Translations under genes and position numbers: made by a program | Virus record (IMG/VR): IMGVR_UViG_2740892232_000002 | Direction: 5' to 3' (one strand) | Origin: a virus | Lineage: Duplodnaviria; Heunggongvirae; Uroviricota; Caudoviricetes | DNA length: 17,013 bases | Notes under the pieces: model-generated | The model's database searches: none | Told to the model about the DNA's origin: nothing | The model's input: the letters and a program-made list of their open reading frames with translations, nothing else | Shown: positions 16,849 through 17,013 of the stretch, in pieces | Layout: each line of letters begins with the position of its first letter | Numbering within the stretch: position 1 is the stretch's first letter

Positions 16849-17013
16849 AACCTCACTCCCAGCGGACGACGGCGACGGCGGGTTGTCCCCAGTACCGACT
16901 CCGCATCATTGATCGCCCGGTTAAGCTCATCCAGAGAAGCTGCCGTATATTCAATTCTGCGACCATCTTTCTGGACAGACACCACCCGTTTACCGGTTAA
17001 TAAATCAAGGCGC
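16845..17013 (-). CDS. W: Head completion / head-tail joining protein W (C-terminal ~55 codons; 5' end beyond window)
   Basis: Hand translation of the minus strand gives …RLDLLTGKRVVSVQKDGRRIEYTAASLDELNRAINDAESVLGTTRRRRRPLGVRL*, aligning with lambda gpW (…[27 protein letters not shown]…RRRG…). Its TGA stop overlaps the B ATG (ATGA). Confidence 0.8.
   Translation of the reverse strand, partial: RLDLLTGKRVVSVQKDGRRIEYTAASLDELNRAINDAESVLGTTRRRRRPLGVRL

Noticed and set aside
1-17013. Search for a novel defence or accessory system, CRISPR array, tRNA, integrase or IS element
   Set aside because: Every interval longer than about 60 bp is occupied by a recognisable lambda-type structural gene on the minus strand. 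No repeat-spacer arrays, no transposase or integrase-like ORFs and no tRNA-like sequence were seen. The only non-canonical content is the assembly gaps and overlaps and the scaffold repeat expansion.

Overview
This window is almost entirely the late morphogenetic (head and tail) operon of a lambda-like phage or prophage, all encoded on the minus strand in the canonical lambda order: W (partial, runs off the 3' end of the window), B portal, C protease with Nu3 scaffold, D, E major capsid, FI, FII, Z, U, V, G/G-T, H tape measure, M, L, K, I, J, then the first 25 codons of a side-tail-fibre (stf-like) gene at the window start. Genes are tightly packed with ATGA-type start/stop overlaps, so there is no room for an inserted cargo or defence locus; I do not see a novel system here. 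Points worth a second look: (1) three runs of exactly 10 N (11833-11842, 14724-14733, 15317-15326), two of them flanked by near-identical direct copies that look like unmerged contig overlaps and artificially break B and C; (2) a triplicated ~45-aa scaffolding motif in the C/Nu3 C-terminus; (3) apparent mosaicism, with tail genes FII to J matching lambda very closely from memory and head genes W to FI clearly diverged; (4) stf follows J directly with no lom gene between them; (5) the G-T -1 frameshift site and several intergenic hairpins. All homology statements rest on reading the translations against remembered lambda proteins; no database search was run.
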